This document shows, one piece after another, positions 48,539 through 63,980 of a stretch of 64,000 nt of DNA. The number at the start of each line of letters is the position of its first letter. Positions within the stretch are counted from its first letter, which is position 1. Under the pieces are notes generated by a model, which searched no databases, was not told the DNA's origin, and was given only the letters and a program-made list of their open reading frames with translations. The stretch is from Macrostomum lignano (lineage: Eukaryota): positions 157,743 to 221,742 of the forward strand of contig NIVC01001920.1 in the NCBI GenBank assembly GCA_002269645.1, given 5' to 3'. Position numbers and translations under genes: made by a program.

Positions 48539-51500
48539 TTTAGCTGCCCGGCCAGCCCAGTCGGCCACCCTGCTAAAGCCGTCCGCCCTCGCGCACTTCG
48601 CCCCGGCCACCGCGGCCGCCAGCCTCAACGCCTCGGCCAGTGACCGGCCAGCGCGCAGGCCGTGCAGGCAGGCAGCTACGAAGCTGTCGCCGGCGCCCAG
48701 AGTGTCCACGACTGGACCGTCGGGCGCCGCGGCCGGCACAGATATGATGTCGCTGCCGTGGCCGCCTCCGCTTCTGACAGCCCCGGCGCAGCCCAGCTCG
48801 CCCCAGGCGCAGATGACGGTGGCGCTGAATGGAGCGGAAATTCCCGGGGGGGGGTAATTCCGCTTTAGCTTGGGAATCTTCTGGTCAATGAGGTTCAATC
48901 GACCGCCTATTCCTAGAAATTCGATCTATACTCGTTTCTTAGAAAATGCCGCTCTATCATAAAACTCGGCTTCCTAGAAAATGGGACTGCATCGAATTTC
49001 GTTTTCCTAGAAAATAAGATAAATTTATCGGGTTATTTTCCTAGAAACAGGAATTTGATCTATTTATAAAATGCAAAAGCTCAAGCAACAATTATATTTC
49101 TTAGAAAATAAATTCAATCGAGTTTACTTTTAATAAATTTCTATTTAGATAAGATCTTTTCTTCCATAAAACTGCAGAGAGCGGCATAAATGAACAATAA
49201 CTGCGGCTGGGAAATTGAAATCTTGCACTTCCCAAGGCTACATGTAAATTCCTACTCACCCAACATCTACTCGCTCCAGAAACAATCGAACCGCGGCCAC
49301 CTTGTCAGCTGCTCCGTGAAAGCTGGCGAACTCTTTGGACAGGAAGATGACATCGCAATTCCCGAGCAGAGAGGCTTCGGAGGATGGGAAAAATTCGTTT
49401 TTAGATGGAGGAAATGCAAATGAGCATCACCTTGAGAGGGAATCCGTGCATGTCGTCAGGGTTAACTTCACTATCATAAAGCTGACACCTGTGTCCTCAA
49501 GTGGACACCCTATACTGAAGTGGACACCCGGTTTTGAAGCGGACACCCGATCCTGAAGTGGACACCCTATCCTGAAATGGACACCCTGTTGTGGCGTGAG
49601 TACTAAGTACAAGTATTGAGTACTTCAGTCGTACCGTATTTATGTTTCAACAGTATTGTATTCAACTCAAATCATTCCGTAACATATAGCCAATCTGCCA
49701 GGTGTATACACCCAACGTGTACGCTTCATTTACTAACAAATATAAAGCGGCGGAGTCAGGCGTGTTGCGTAGGCTTTGTATTTATGTTTCGTTGCTAGTT
49801 ATAGTTGTAGGTCTCATTTTAGTATGTCGAAGATATGTACGTCTCCGGGCCCCGCCCCCCATTATCGCTTAGTGTACATGCAATCTCAGCCCCACCCCAA
49901 TCTTTTGTGTGTCATTTAGCAGTTAAATATAAAAGGAACGATGGCTTCAATTTGTTCGTGAGAGTGCGTTGTGGCAATAGTCAAAAACCTGCCGAGAGTT
50001 TGAACAAAAGTTATTTGTCTTTAGAACATAAATCTGGTAGCAGAGCGTGGTTGTGAAATCGAATGTCATTCGGAGACGAAAAGGCTGCGGATGCAGCAGC
50101 GGCAGCAGCAACAGCATCAGCATCTGAGCGAAATCAAGAGAGATCGGAATCGGAGCAACGAGTGGTGCAACTGAAGGGCAAAAAGGCTGTCGAAAAATGT
50201 GCCTTCACTAAGCAGCGAAACAAGCTACTCAAGTACCTCGACTCGGACGGCGTGACACTGGAGGGCGCGGAGAAGATTGCCGGAGCGCTGGACGAGCAGG
50301 CTGAGCGTGTCAGTGCGGTGCTTCAGGACCTACTACAAGCGGCTGAAGGCAACTTTCGCCAACCCCAATTAGCGAAATGTACACTGCGCGTACTGGCCCG
50401 GCTGGAGTTGGCGCAAGCGAAAGGCCTAGGCAGTTTGAGTCAGAGTGGCGGGCTGGCCTATCATTTGGCGGAGCAGGGCAGGCGGCGGCAATGTACGCAG
50501 AGGATCAGTCAGCTAGGATTGGACAGGACATGTGGCGACAATTGCAGCGTGTATCTATTCCTGTGTTCTCAGGAGACAAGCGGCAGTATGAGGGGTGGAA
50601 GGCTGCCTTCTATGCATGTGTGGATGAGTCGCCGGCTTCAGACGCGTACAAGTTGTTGCAGCTGCGTCAATCCCTGCAAGGGGAGGCACTTAAGCTTATT
50701 GTGAATTTAGGGTTCTCGGCTTTCGCCTACCGGTCTGCACTAGAGCGTTTAGAGCGAGAGTACGGTGGAGAGAGACGCAGATTAACGTTAGCTCTGGAAG
50801 ACTTGGACAATTTTCGGCCGATTCAGACGGAGAGTGCAGCGCAGTTAAAAAAGTTGGCAGACCTGTTGGATGTGACCGTGAATAATTTGAAGGCGGCTGG
50901 GCGTGACGTTGAGCTAAGTAGCAATGGCCTGTTACATTTGTGCGTTCAGCGGAAGCTGCCCGCAGACACCTTGGCGCGCTATCACCGGTGGGTGGGCGAG
51001 AACTCTAAAGTAGATTCGCTGAGTGTGCTCCATCAGTGGTTGTTACAGGAGGCTGAATATCGGACGATTGCGTGGGAGGCGACGCGAGGAGTGGTACCGG
51101 TGAGCGATGGCGGTCGGGAAGCTGGAAAGAAGTGGTCAGGGTCTCGTGAACCACAGCGAACACTGTTCACTCACAACGACGCCGCTGAAAGTCGCAGTGT
51201 CGAACCAACAGACAACCGTAGGTCATGTCGTCTCTGTGGAGAGCAGCATGGAGTGTGGGCATGCCCTAGGTTTGCGCGTATGGATGTTGAAGCTCGATGG
51301 GCAGCGGTACGCGAGTGGAAGCTGTGCTTTGGGTGCTTGGGAAGCAACCACATGAGTTTGTCGTGCAGACGATTGCGAAGCTGCGGCATCGACGGGTGCA
51401 AGGCCAGGCATCACCGGCTGCTCCACCAAGCGCAAAAGAGTGAGTCGATGGCACGCCACGAAGGGGGGACGCAGAAGGTCCTCAAGGCGCCAAGTTCAGG

Positions 51501-54500
51501 CGAGAGGCCGAAGGAGACGATGAACAAGCAGCGAGAAGCCTGTACTTTGCTAGTTAGGGAGACCGCTGCTGTTGCGCTGTGAACTGTCCCGGTGATCTTG
51601 TCCAATGGAGACCGACAGGTGCAAGTCAACGCGCTTCTGGATGATGCGAGCACAAGAACATATTTGAACTCGGACGTGGCGGCCGAACTTGGGCTGGAAG
51701 AGAAGTTTGAGCAGATGAACGTTAAAGTACTCAACGGACAGGTAAATACCTTCCAGACAGCGCCGGTTGAAGTGGACTTGAAGAGTCTTGATGGAGCGTT
51801 TCGAGCTAGGGTTTTGGCGTACACCACGGAGAAAGTGACGGGTGATATGAAGGCCGTGGATTGGAGTCAGCTAGCGTCGCAGTGGCATCATTTGCGTGGC
51901 ATTCCGTTCAGCAGAGTTGAAGGCAATCAGACGGTTGACATGCTCATCGGCATCGATCACGTTGATCTACACTTCGCCTGCCGTGAGGTCGGGGGTCAAC
52001 CTGGAGAGCCGACAGCTCGACTGACGCCGATCGGTTGGACGTGTGTGGGACCGATAAGGGACTACGGACCGGAAGCTGGACGACAGAGGACTTTCCTATC
52101 GATTGCGGATGGAGACTTGGATGGCGTTTTAAAGCGTTTCTGGGAGGTGGATGAGGTCCCCGACGGTGGAGCGATGGCCACGTTGTCGATGGGAGAGCAA
52201 GAGACCGTTCAATTGACGAAGAGTTCAATGAGGATGGAGGCCGGTCGTTACCAGGTGGCGATCCCATGGAAGATGGATCCGACAACGTTGCCAGACAACA
52301 AGGATATGGCGCGGCAGCGGCTCGTTAATACGGAGCAACGGCTTAAGAAGAACCCGGAGCTGGCGCAGGCGTATCAGCGAGTGTTTGATGGACAGCTGGA
52401 GAAGGGCTACATTCAAGAAGTCGACGGAGCCGCCGGTCAGGGAAGTTGGTACCTGCCACATTTTGCAGTAGTGAGAGCGGACAAGGAGACAACAAAGACT
52501 CGCATAGTCTTTGACGCGTCTGCTCGCTGTGGCGGTCTCAGCCTTAACGATGCCATCCACACCGGACCGAAGCTGCAAAACAATCTCGTCAGCGTGCTGC
52601 TAAGATTTCGCAAGCATCCGGTCGCGCTAGTTTGTGATATTGAGGAAATGTATCTTCGAATTCGGTTGGCTCCAGATGATCGCCGCTTCTTTCGGTTCTT
52701 GTGGCGCGGAATGCAAAAGGAATGTGAGCCAAAAGTATACGAGTTCTGCAGCGTGGTCTTTGGCGTCAACTGCTCCCCGTTCCTGGCTCAACTAGTGGCA
52801 CAAGAGAATGCAAGGCAACATCAGGATCAACTGCCTTTGGCGGCAACGACGGTTTTGAGGTCCACCTACATGGACGACAGTCTCGACTCCATGGAGACAG
52901 TTGAGAAAGCAAAGCAGTTGTATGAGCAGCTGATGGAGCTGTGGAAGAGAGCCGGTATGCGAGCTCGGAAGTGGCTTTCGAACTCTGAGGAAGTCCTGCA
53001 ATCGATTCCAGTTGAAGACAGGGCAGAACGCGCTGAGCTACTACTGCAGGGTGAATCACCAACCGCGAAGGCACTTGGCGTAAGCTGGAACGCACGGATG
53101 GATACGCTGTTAGTCAGTATCGATGACGGGAACAGCAAAGGCTTGATTACTACAAAGCGGCAGATGTTGCGGTGCATCGCGGGGGTGTTTGACCCTTGCG
53201 GTTTCGTGGCTCCAGTTGTGACGCAAGGGAAGATTCTGTTGCAGAAGGTGTGGCGCTTAGGTGCTGGCTGGGACGAAGCGTTGGATCCGGACTTAGTGAC
53301 AGAAGCAACTGAGTGGTCTAGAAAGCTGTCGGCGGCCAGTGAAATCTCGGTGCCACGCTGTCTAAGTGACCAAATGCATGATGTAGAGCTACACACATTC
53401 GTTGACGCATCGCAGGACGCGTATGGAGCTGTAATTTACCTAAGGAGTGCAGTCAATTCGGAAGCATCAACCGTGCGGCTCGTAGGAGCAAAGTCTCGAG
53501 TAGCCCCTCTGCAGACGGTCAGCGTTCCAAGACTCGAGCTGATGGCAGCGGTGTTGGGCGTAAAGCTGGCCAAAGTGGTTTCTGAGGCGTTGGAAGTGGA
53601 ACGGAGCAAGATGGTATTGTGGAGTGACAGCCAAAACGTATTGTGGTGGATCAGAAAGCAAAGCCGAGTGCTCAAGCCGTTTGTCGCCAACCGAGTCGCG
53701 TTCATTCAGCAGGAATTCCGAATTAATCAATGGCGCTACGTGCCCACGAAGCTGAACCCAGCCGATGTGCTGTCGCGAGGCTGCAACGCGGAGGAGCTGA
53801 GCCGCAATGAGCTGTGGATGCACGGACCAGAGTTTCTGATGCGAAGTGAGCAGGTGTGGCCAGAGAGAGCACTTCCAGCAGAGCCAGCGAAGCCAGAGAC
53901 GAAATCGACGTGTAGGAACATAAGAACAGTGGACGTTGCATCGGAGGAGAGGTCGTTCTTGACGTCAGCCGAGCTAGAGACGTCGGACTGGAGACTGGAC
54001 CGGCGCGGTTCTCGAGTTTTCGGAGACTGCAGCGTATTACGGCCTGGGTGTTGCGCTTCATTAGAAACTGCCAGCGGACGCAGGTGCTCAGGGTTGATGG
54101 GGAGTTGACCGGAGAGGAACTGAATGACGTCGAAGAGCAGCTCGTGCGATTGGCGCAAAAGGAAGGTTTCCGGATGGTTAAGGATCGAGACAAACAGTTG
54201 TCGTGCCTGAAACCCGTGATGGACGCTGCGGGATTGATGCGAGTAGACGGGAGGCTAAAGTTCAGCCAGCAGATGTCATACGATGCTAGGCACCCCATCA
54301 TCTTGCCTCGAAGACACTGGATTACGAAGCTGGTGATCAAGCAGCATCACGAGGAGCAGCTGCATGGCGGAACCAACCAGACGCTAGCCGCGATCTCGGC
54401 CCGGTATTGGATCGTCAGCGCTCGAGAGGCCATTCGCGAGTGGGAACAGGAATGCGCAGTCTGCAGGAGGAGCAAAGCCAAGCCGATAGACCAGTTGATG

Positions 54501-57440
54501 GCGCCATTACCCGAAGTACGTCTCGAAGGGTCGTTGAAGGCCTTCACCAACACAGCCGTAGACATGGGCGGGCCGTTTCTGACTGTCCAAGCACGAGGCA
54601 GGGCGAGACAGAAGCGATACATCGCATTGTTTACGTGTCTGGAGACGCGCGCCGTACACCTGGAGGTGACATTCGGTCTTGATGCAGACTCCTTCCTAAA
54701 TGCATTTTTTCGAATGGTCGGTCGGCGAGGACTACCGAAGCAGATGCATTCAGATAATGGAGGCAATTTCGTGAAGGGTGCTGAAGAGCTGCGGAGCTTG
54801 GAAGAGTTGAGCAGGTCAAAGGTGCAGCAGGCGGCTTCGAATCACGGAATCAGATGGAACTTCCAGCCTCCAGCCGCACCGCACTTTGGAGGAGCGCACG
54901 AGATCATGGTGCGAGCTGTTAAGCGAGCGCTGCAAGTTGTGCTCAGCAATGCGGAAGTGAACGACGAGGAGTTTCAGTCAGCGGTAGTCGGAGTCGAGGC
55001 ACTGATCAATTCGCGGCCGATCACATACCAGTCAGCCAATCCTAAGGACGAAGTCCCACTGACGCCTAATCACTTCCTGCACGGACAGGCGGGTGGTCAG
55101 TTCGCGCCGGACATCTCAGCTGATGTTGCAAAAGACCCACGCCGACGCTGGCGACGCGTTCAGGAGTTGGTCCGGCATGTGTGGCGGCGGTGGATGCAGG
55201 AGTGGCTGCCAGGCCTCCAGCGCCGAACCAAGTGGACCAAGTCGCAGCGGGACTTGCAAGCTGGCGACGTGGTGCTGATCGTGCAAACCGACTCTCCGCG
55301 AGGTCACTGGCCGCTAGGTCGGATTGTCAACGTCTTCCCCGGCCGGGACGGACGAGTCAGAGTCGTCAACGTGCAAGTCGGCCAGAAAGTGCTAGTGAGA
55401 TCGGTAAATAAGGTGTGTCTGCTTGAGAGTCAAGCGGAGCCAGCTGACTGATTTTTGGCCTTGACGATGTGACACGTTTTTTTTCGGAGCACAGCAGTTA
55501 TTTTAGTCTGTCAGTGTTGCGTGACCTTTTGGTGCTGATAGCGTTTGCGGTCCAGGATAGTGTAGCAGCTTGAAATTTTGTTTCACATTTAGTGTTATTT
55601 TTGGTGGAGGGTTTTTTTTCGTTTTCCTTTTGGTTTATGCACTTTGTGCTGGCTATAGACTGTTAAATTTAAGCGGTTTTGAACGCCTTTGCCCATGTGT
55701 TCTTTTTTTTCAATCGTAACACGCGCTTTTTTGGTTTTGTAGTAGCCGTTCAGGTTTATTGACATTATTTTTTTATTGCATCGGAGGGTTCCTCATTCGA
55801 ATATTTGGTGAATGTGCATTAACGGTTTTTTGCTGCGGTGGCGGTGCATCTTCGCGAATTTGATTGCTGATTGTGTTCTATCAGGAAGGGGGGAATGTTG
55901 CGTAGGCTTTGTATTTATGTTTCGTTGCTAGTTATAGTTGTAGGTCTCATTTTAGTATGTCGAAGATATGTACGTCTCCGGGCCCCGCCCCCCATTATCG
56001 CTTAGTGTACATGCAATCTCAGCCCCACCCCAATCTTTTGTGTGTCATTTAGCAGTTAAATATAAAAGGAACGATGGCTTGAATTTGTTCGTGAGAGTGC
56101 GTTGTGGCAATAGTCAAAACCTGCCGAGAGTTTGAGCAAAAGTTATTTGTCTTTAGAACAAGGCGAGACTCCACAATTCTTATTTCTCAACTCTCGCTCG
56201 CACAAAAACCCACGCGTTCAATACACAACACACCCTATCATCAAGTGGACACCCTATCCTGAAATGGACACCCTATCATCAAGTGGACACCCTATCCTGA
56301 AATGGACACCCTATCATCAAGTGGACACCCTATCCTGAAATGGACACCCTATCATCAAGTGGACACCCTATCCTGAAATGGACACCCTATCTTTAAGTGG
56401 ACACCCTATCTTCAAGTGGACACCCTATCATCAAGTGGACACCCTATCCTGAAATGGACACCCTATCTTTAAGTGGACACCCTATCTTCAAGTGGACACC
56501 CGGTCTTGAAGTGGGTGCGACTTTACAAAGCTGAGCAGACAGACTCACTCAGTTCGGGGCGGCACTTCTCCAGCTCAACGGAGGTTCGAATCCGCATAGC
56601 AACGGAAGCGCTGCTCATGGAGGCTGCGCGCTGGTTCATCGCTCGGATGCGGCTCAGCATGGCGGCAATTTCAGAAGCGTTTCGACGACCCTGCATGGAA
56701 TTTTAGCGTGTGCGAGCGTGTCCGGCCAGCGAGTTCAAAGTTCAGTCCGATCTCACCTCGAAGTGAATCCAGCCGACATCCGCAGCCGCAAAGTCCCGGT
56801 CTCGAAGCTGGTCGAAGGAGAACTCGGGAAAATCTCTATGAAGCGAGAATTTCAACGAGAATTTGAGAGAGCTGTAAAAGCATTCTGAGCACTTGATGCG
56901 GAACAACATCGTGCACTGCTCACCCCCTGTCATGTAGAATGGTCCTGGAGCCATTGTCAGTGTTGACAATCACCATGGAGACGGGGCAGGCGTCACCTTG
57001 GACTGACTGGCTCAGTGACGTGTCAATGGAGTGCTTGGCAAATACAGAACGGATATAACTGGCTTGGTTGAAGTGAATGCTTTCTGATTAGTTAGACTAT
57101 TAGTACTACTAATATTAGTAATTATCGATTGGCATCTGTGAATGGCAAACTCACTTTCCATTGAATGAATTCTCCGAGGGCATGGTGCCTGCAAAGTACA
57201 CAGGCTTTGACTCCAGTGCTGCCAGCACAATGGCATTGTGGGCTGCATTGCCTCCAAGCTGCCAGCTTATATTGGCTCTAAAATTTTATTCATTCATTGC
57301 TTAGTTAAGTATTTAAGCATTTATAAAATTTTAATTTCCAACCTGCTATCAGTGTCTTCCAAAGGAAACTGGTCAACTTTGCTGACCAAGTCAAGGCAGC
57401 AAAGCCCCACACAGATAATTGATCCAGGTGTGTGTAACAT
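48530..57440 (-). CDS. KHK: Ketohexokinase (fructokinase, PfkB family), about 328 aa, 7 exons
   Basis: Exons 57440-57343, 57277-57155, 57058-56924, 56835-56757, 56690-56549, 49374-49260 and 48824-48530 join in frame (987 nt). Motifs IICVGLCCLDL, WQLGGNAAHNAIVL, GSRTILHD, WIHFEGR, SVELEK, DVIFLSKE, VICAWGELG and the PfkB signature VVDTLGAGDSF. Confidence 0.95.
49763..56160 (+). mobile_element. Full-length BEL/Pao LTR retrotransposon
   Basis: LTRs 49763-50028 and 55896-56160 (TG...CA; 2 substitutions and 1 indel seen). TSD AGGCG at 49758-49762 and 56161-56165. PBS TGGTAGCAGAGCGTGGTT at 50035-50052. PPT AGGAAGGGGGGAA at 55883-55895. Domain order gag-PR-RT-RH-IN. Confidence 0.98.
50063..55451 (+). 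pseudogene. Disrupted BEL/Pao gag-pol polyprotein
   Basis: Gag IPVFSGDKRQYEGWKAAF, three Cys/His knuckles (CRLCGEQHGVWAC, CFGCLGSNHMSLSC, CGIDGCKARHHRLLH), protease ALLDDAS, RT WYLPH...TYMDD, RNase H HTFVDASQDAYGA, integrase SDNGGNF...GGAHEIMV. Lesions: a frame change at about 50347-50500, an in-frame TGA at 51580-51582, and a 1-nt loss at about 54000. Confidence 0.93.
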
Positions 57441-57850
57441 GTTAGCCTGAAAATGTATACAATGTTTGTGCTTGAAAAAATGCCAAATAGTTTTATTTAA
57501 TGTTAGAGATAAAGTGTAAAGTATAAATGTTTAGATACAAATATTTGCTGGTGTATGAATACTAGCAGCATATTTTAAAAGCAAAAAATGTAATGAATTT
57601 ATTCTGTTTTGTCTCTGTGTATTTTCTTTATATTTTCTTACTCATATATATTTTTTAATTATCAATTCAAGTCAAATATTAATTGTTTTGATTGCAAAAG
57701 TTTTGACTGTATTTTCTATGCTGTAACAGGAGAGGGTTTAGAAATATAAAAAACTACCGAAATGAGCATCATGTCGTATAAAAAGTGAAGTTAATGCACC
57801 TACTGTACAGGATATAAATAGCCATAAACATTTCTTTTTTTATCAAGTCT

Positions 57851-58290
57851 TAGTGAAACCGTACATAGTATAATGCCCTGATGTCAATCATGTTACAACT
57901 GAATTTGTTGTTACACGTGCTATATGGAAATAACGCGTCACTTTAACAATTTTTACAATAGCATTCAGCAGAATAAATGAACCTTAGCTGTACGTTATGA
58001 ACGTGAGCTCCACTGGCCACGTGTTCTGTTTCTTAGAAGGGGGATATTTTAATTTTAAACGGCCACAACAAGAAAGTCTCATGGAAACATGCTGCTTTAC
58101 GGTCTAACAATGAGTTTGAAGTTCGAGTCTAGTCTAGTCGTCGATTTGCATCGAATAAAACTCAGAGACACTCGCAACCTAAAAAAAGAAAAAATACTAT
58201 TGTCATCAAGTTTGCATTATCTTTACACTTGCAAGAAGCTCTGGAAAGATATCCGATGTAGTGACTGTATCCTATGTACGGTTTGACGTA
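57851..58290. mobile_element. Possible small MITE in the KHK-CDKL spacer
   Basis: 13-bp inverted repeat AAACCGTACATAG (57856-57868) and CTATGTACGGTTT (58272-58284) with TA nearby at both ends. The boundary and TSD are not clean. Confidence 0.4.
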
Positions 58291-59643
58291 GTGAAACCGT
58301 AAAATGAATGCAATTTTGTGAAGCACAAAATGATCAATAACAGTCTAAAATTTAGTAATTGAAGGCGGTAAACATGTTTGGCTATTTGCTTAATTTTTCG
58401 CACATACATATTAAAAGCATCATTAAATTAAATTAATATCATCAATTTACAATGCTGCATGGTGGCACATTCCATGCTAATAGATCCGAAAACATTTTCA
58501 GAAAGATTTTTAAGCTTTCCCGCGGCTATCATGAGTTTTCACGACGCTATGGTGATCACGATGCATTTTCTTTTAGTACCATGTAATTCTGTAAGAAACA
58601 CCGAAACTTAATAAAATAAACAAATCTAATTGGTTTATTTTCGCTCTGATTTATAAAAAGTGTTTTTGCTCTCTTTGTGAGATATTAAGCCGGTTAAATA
58701 CATAAATTTATAAAATATTGACATTTTATAGAATTATTTTTGCGTAGCTCTTAAATTTTGACAGTTTATTTAATGAATATTTTTACCATGAATTATGCGC
58801 CATAGTGCATTATTATCAGTTCTTTTATCTCTCTATATATTACACTAAAATAACGTATATAGCGGTTCTACGGTGATTGAAATGACCATATATTATTTCA
58901 GATTTTTTTTACTAGGCGATTAGTTTTTTAAGATTTATTCTATTGTTCTCTCTACCCGAAATGACTCGAAATACAATTTTGTATTTTCTATCTCTTGTTT
59001 TCGCATGAATAAATAAAACAAACAGTTCTTTACATCAAATTTATTGCTAGTTACTAGAATTTTTGAACATTGCAATATTAATGGCAAATATCAGTAAAGA
59101 TTTGTCAATTGCAGTACTAATCAGCACTACCTAGCAAATAAAGACATAAGCAAATAAACCCTAGCGTTGGGTTCAATCTTACTGGAAATGAAGGTCAAAC
59201 AAAACAAATTTGGCAAAAGTGTAATGCATATTTCTTATGTATTATATTTTATACACTTATGAAATGTTAAAAAAGTGATTAAATAATGCTAATTCTAAAT
59301 TATATTCCAACCGTCTAAGTGATACTTTCAAAGTAAAGCTATGAGCTATGTGTCGTGTCAGGAGTAACTAATTTTTGTAATCAATGGAATAAGTCAATAT
59401 TCAAAATGCTACCAAGAAATCTATCTATAGAAATTACGATTGCATACTGACCAAAATAAAATAATAGTGGCGATTATTAATATACTTAGTGAATGATTAC
59501 AATAAAATACACTTATTCTAAATGGTTACTGTTCAGTTAGTCTTAGAAAAGATATACTTTATTTTACACTTTTTTGCCTTATTGAATTTCCAATTTCTAA
59601 ATTACTTGTATTTGAAATAAATTTCAGTGTCAGCATGACCTAG

Positions 59644-62476
<2,833 letters not shown>

Positions 62477-63404
62477 GTGTGACTGTGTTTATCAGCTTGA
62501 CCGGCATTTGCTAGCATGCGGTGCTTCAATATGAGTTAAACTGGTACTAGTGGTAATCTGGCTCTCAAAACCTGAAAAAAGAGCACGCCCCGATCGAGTC
62601 AGCGACCGAACAATTAATAAAATTCGTTTCAACCCCCTGCAGCTGAGCATTGTGGACTTTCGTGACTTTCTACAGGTGAATATTTGCAGAATTTGCTTGC
62701 TATTGTCACGCCATGCGGCACCGCTCTTGGCATTGGGTCAGCCTGCTGGGTGCTATGGGCGATTTTAAAGATTAAGCTGGGTGTTGTCTTTCCTGCTACC
62801 CGCATATCAAGTTCATTGTTTGACGCAGAAAAATGGTTCAAGTTTCAGTTTATCTCACATGTTTTGCTACCGTTAAAGCCTCAAACTCGTACATTCATTT
62901 TTCATGATGGCGTGAATGAGTCCACGAAGCTTGAATCTAATGGTGAAAAGTTTGTTTCGCGCATTACGTAATCACAAACCGAAGAGATTCACCGGTCAAT
63001 TCGAACAAAATTTTCTAAACCTTTATTGTTTCACTATAATCTTTCCGGCAAGCCATATGCTTTCAAGTACAACTTAAACTTTATACTGTAGTTCATAGCC
63101 GCTTCGATTTAATCAGTATAAAAACTTTAATGTACTTTTATTTATTTATGCTACGTGTATTGAAAAAGCGATGCATCAGTTCTCAGGTCGCCAGGGTGTT
63201 TCAATTCCTACAGGAGCTGATGGACCGGACAGCTCTGGCTGATGAGGCACCGGATGCTGAGCCGCTGAGGCGCGATTTGGAAAGCCGAGAGATGGTCATG
63301 CCGCCCATCGGTCAGGCCGGCCGCCTCACCGCCCAGAGGTGAGCGCAGATTGAGCTCGGGTGTCTGTGAAGACCATGTGTGGGCGCGCGACCAGCGATTG
63401 TCTG

Positions 63405-63980
63405 GTATGAGATTCTATGAGAAGTAGAGATTCTCTGGTATGAGATTCTGGAGAAGTAGCAATTCTCTGTTGTGAGATTTTATGAGAGAAGTAGAGATTC
63501 TCTGTTGTGAGATTCTATGAGAGAAGTAGAGATTCTCTGTTGTGAGATTCTATGAGAGAAGTAGAGATTCGCTGTTGTGAGATTCTATGAGAGAAGTAGA
63601 GATTCTCTGTTGTGAGATTCTATGAGAAGTAGAGATTCTCTGCGTGAGATTCTGGAGAAGTAGAGATTCTCTGGTGTGAAATTCTATGAGAAGTAGAGAT
63701 TCTCTGGGTGAGATTCCATGGGAAGTAGAGATTCACTTGTGTGAGATTCTATGAGAGAAGTAGAGATTATCTGGGGTGAGATTCTATGAGAAGTAGAGAT
63801 TCTCTGGGGTGAAATTTTATGAGAAGTAGAGATTCTCTGGGGTGAGATTCGATGAAAAGTAGAGATTCTCTGGGGTGAGATTCCATTGGGAGTAGATTCT
63901 CTGGGGTGAGATTCCATTGGAAGTAGAGATTCTCTGGGGTGAGATTCCATTGGAAGTAGAGATTCTCTGGTGTGAGATTC
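63405..63980. repeat. Degenerate tandem repeat, about 33 bp (GAGATTCTATGAGAAGTAGAGATTCTCTGGTGT)
   Basis: Tandem periodicity to the window end. Confidence 0.9.

Larger units (their letters stand above)
49587..56230 (+). mobile_element. Solo LTR (about 241 bp: 49587-49762 plus 56166-56230) of a second LTR family, split by the BEL element
   Basis: Termini TGTTGTG...CACAACA form a perfect 7-bp inverted repeat. 5-bp TSD CACCC at 49582-49586 and 56231-56235. TATAAA at about 49741. Confidence 0.8.
49495..56511. repeat. 20-bp minisatellite (AAGTGGACACCCTATCCTGA) split into 49495-49586 and 56231-56511 by the nested LTR insertions
   Basis: The same unit lies on both sides of the insertions, in KHK intron 5. 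Confidence 0.9.

Noticed and set aside
50340-50500. Programmed ribosomal frameshift in BEL gag
   Set aside because: No X-XXY-YYZ slippery heptamer was seen, and BEL/Pao elements normally have one ORF. An indel is simpler.
56583-56593. GGTTCGAATCC tRNA B-box
   Set aside because: It lies inside KHK coding exon 5 on the opposite strand (RIRT). There is no A-box or cloverleaf.
62640-63338. Definite CDKL terminal exons (62641-62673, 63187-63338)
   Set aside because: Splice sites are present, but I could not choose one phase-consistent model, so they are left out of the CDS coordinates.
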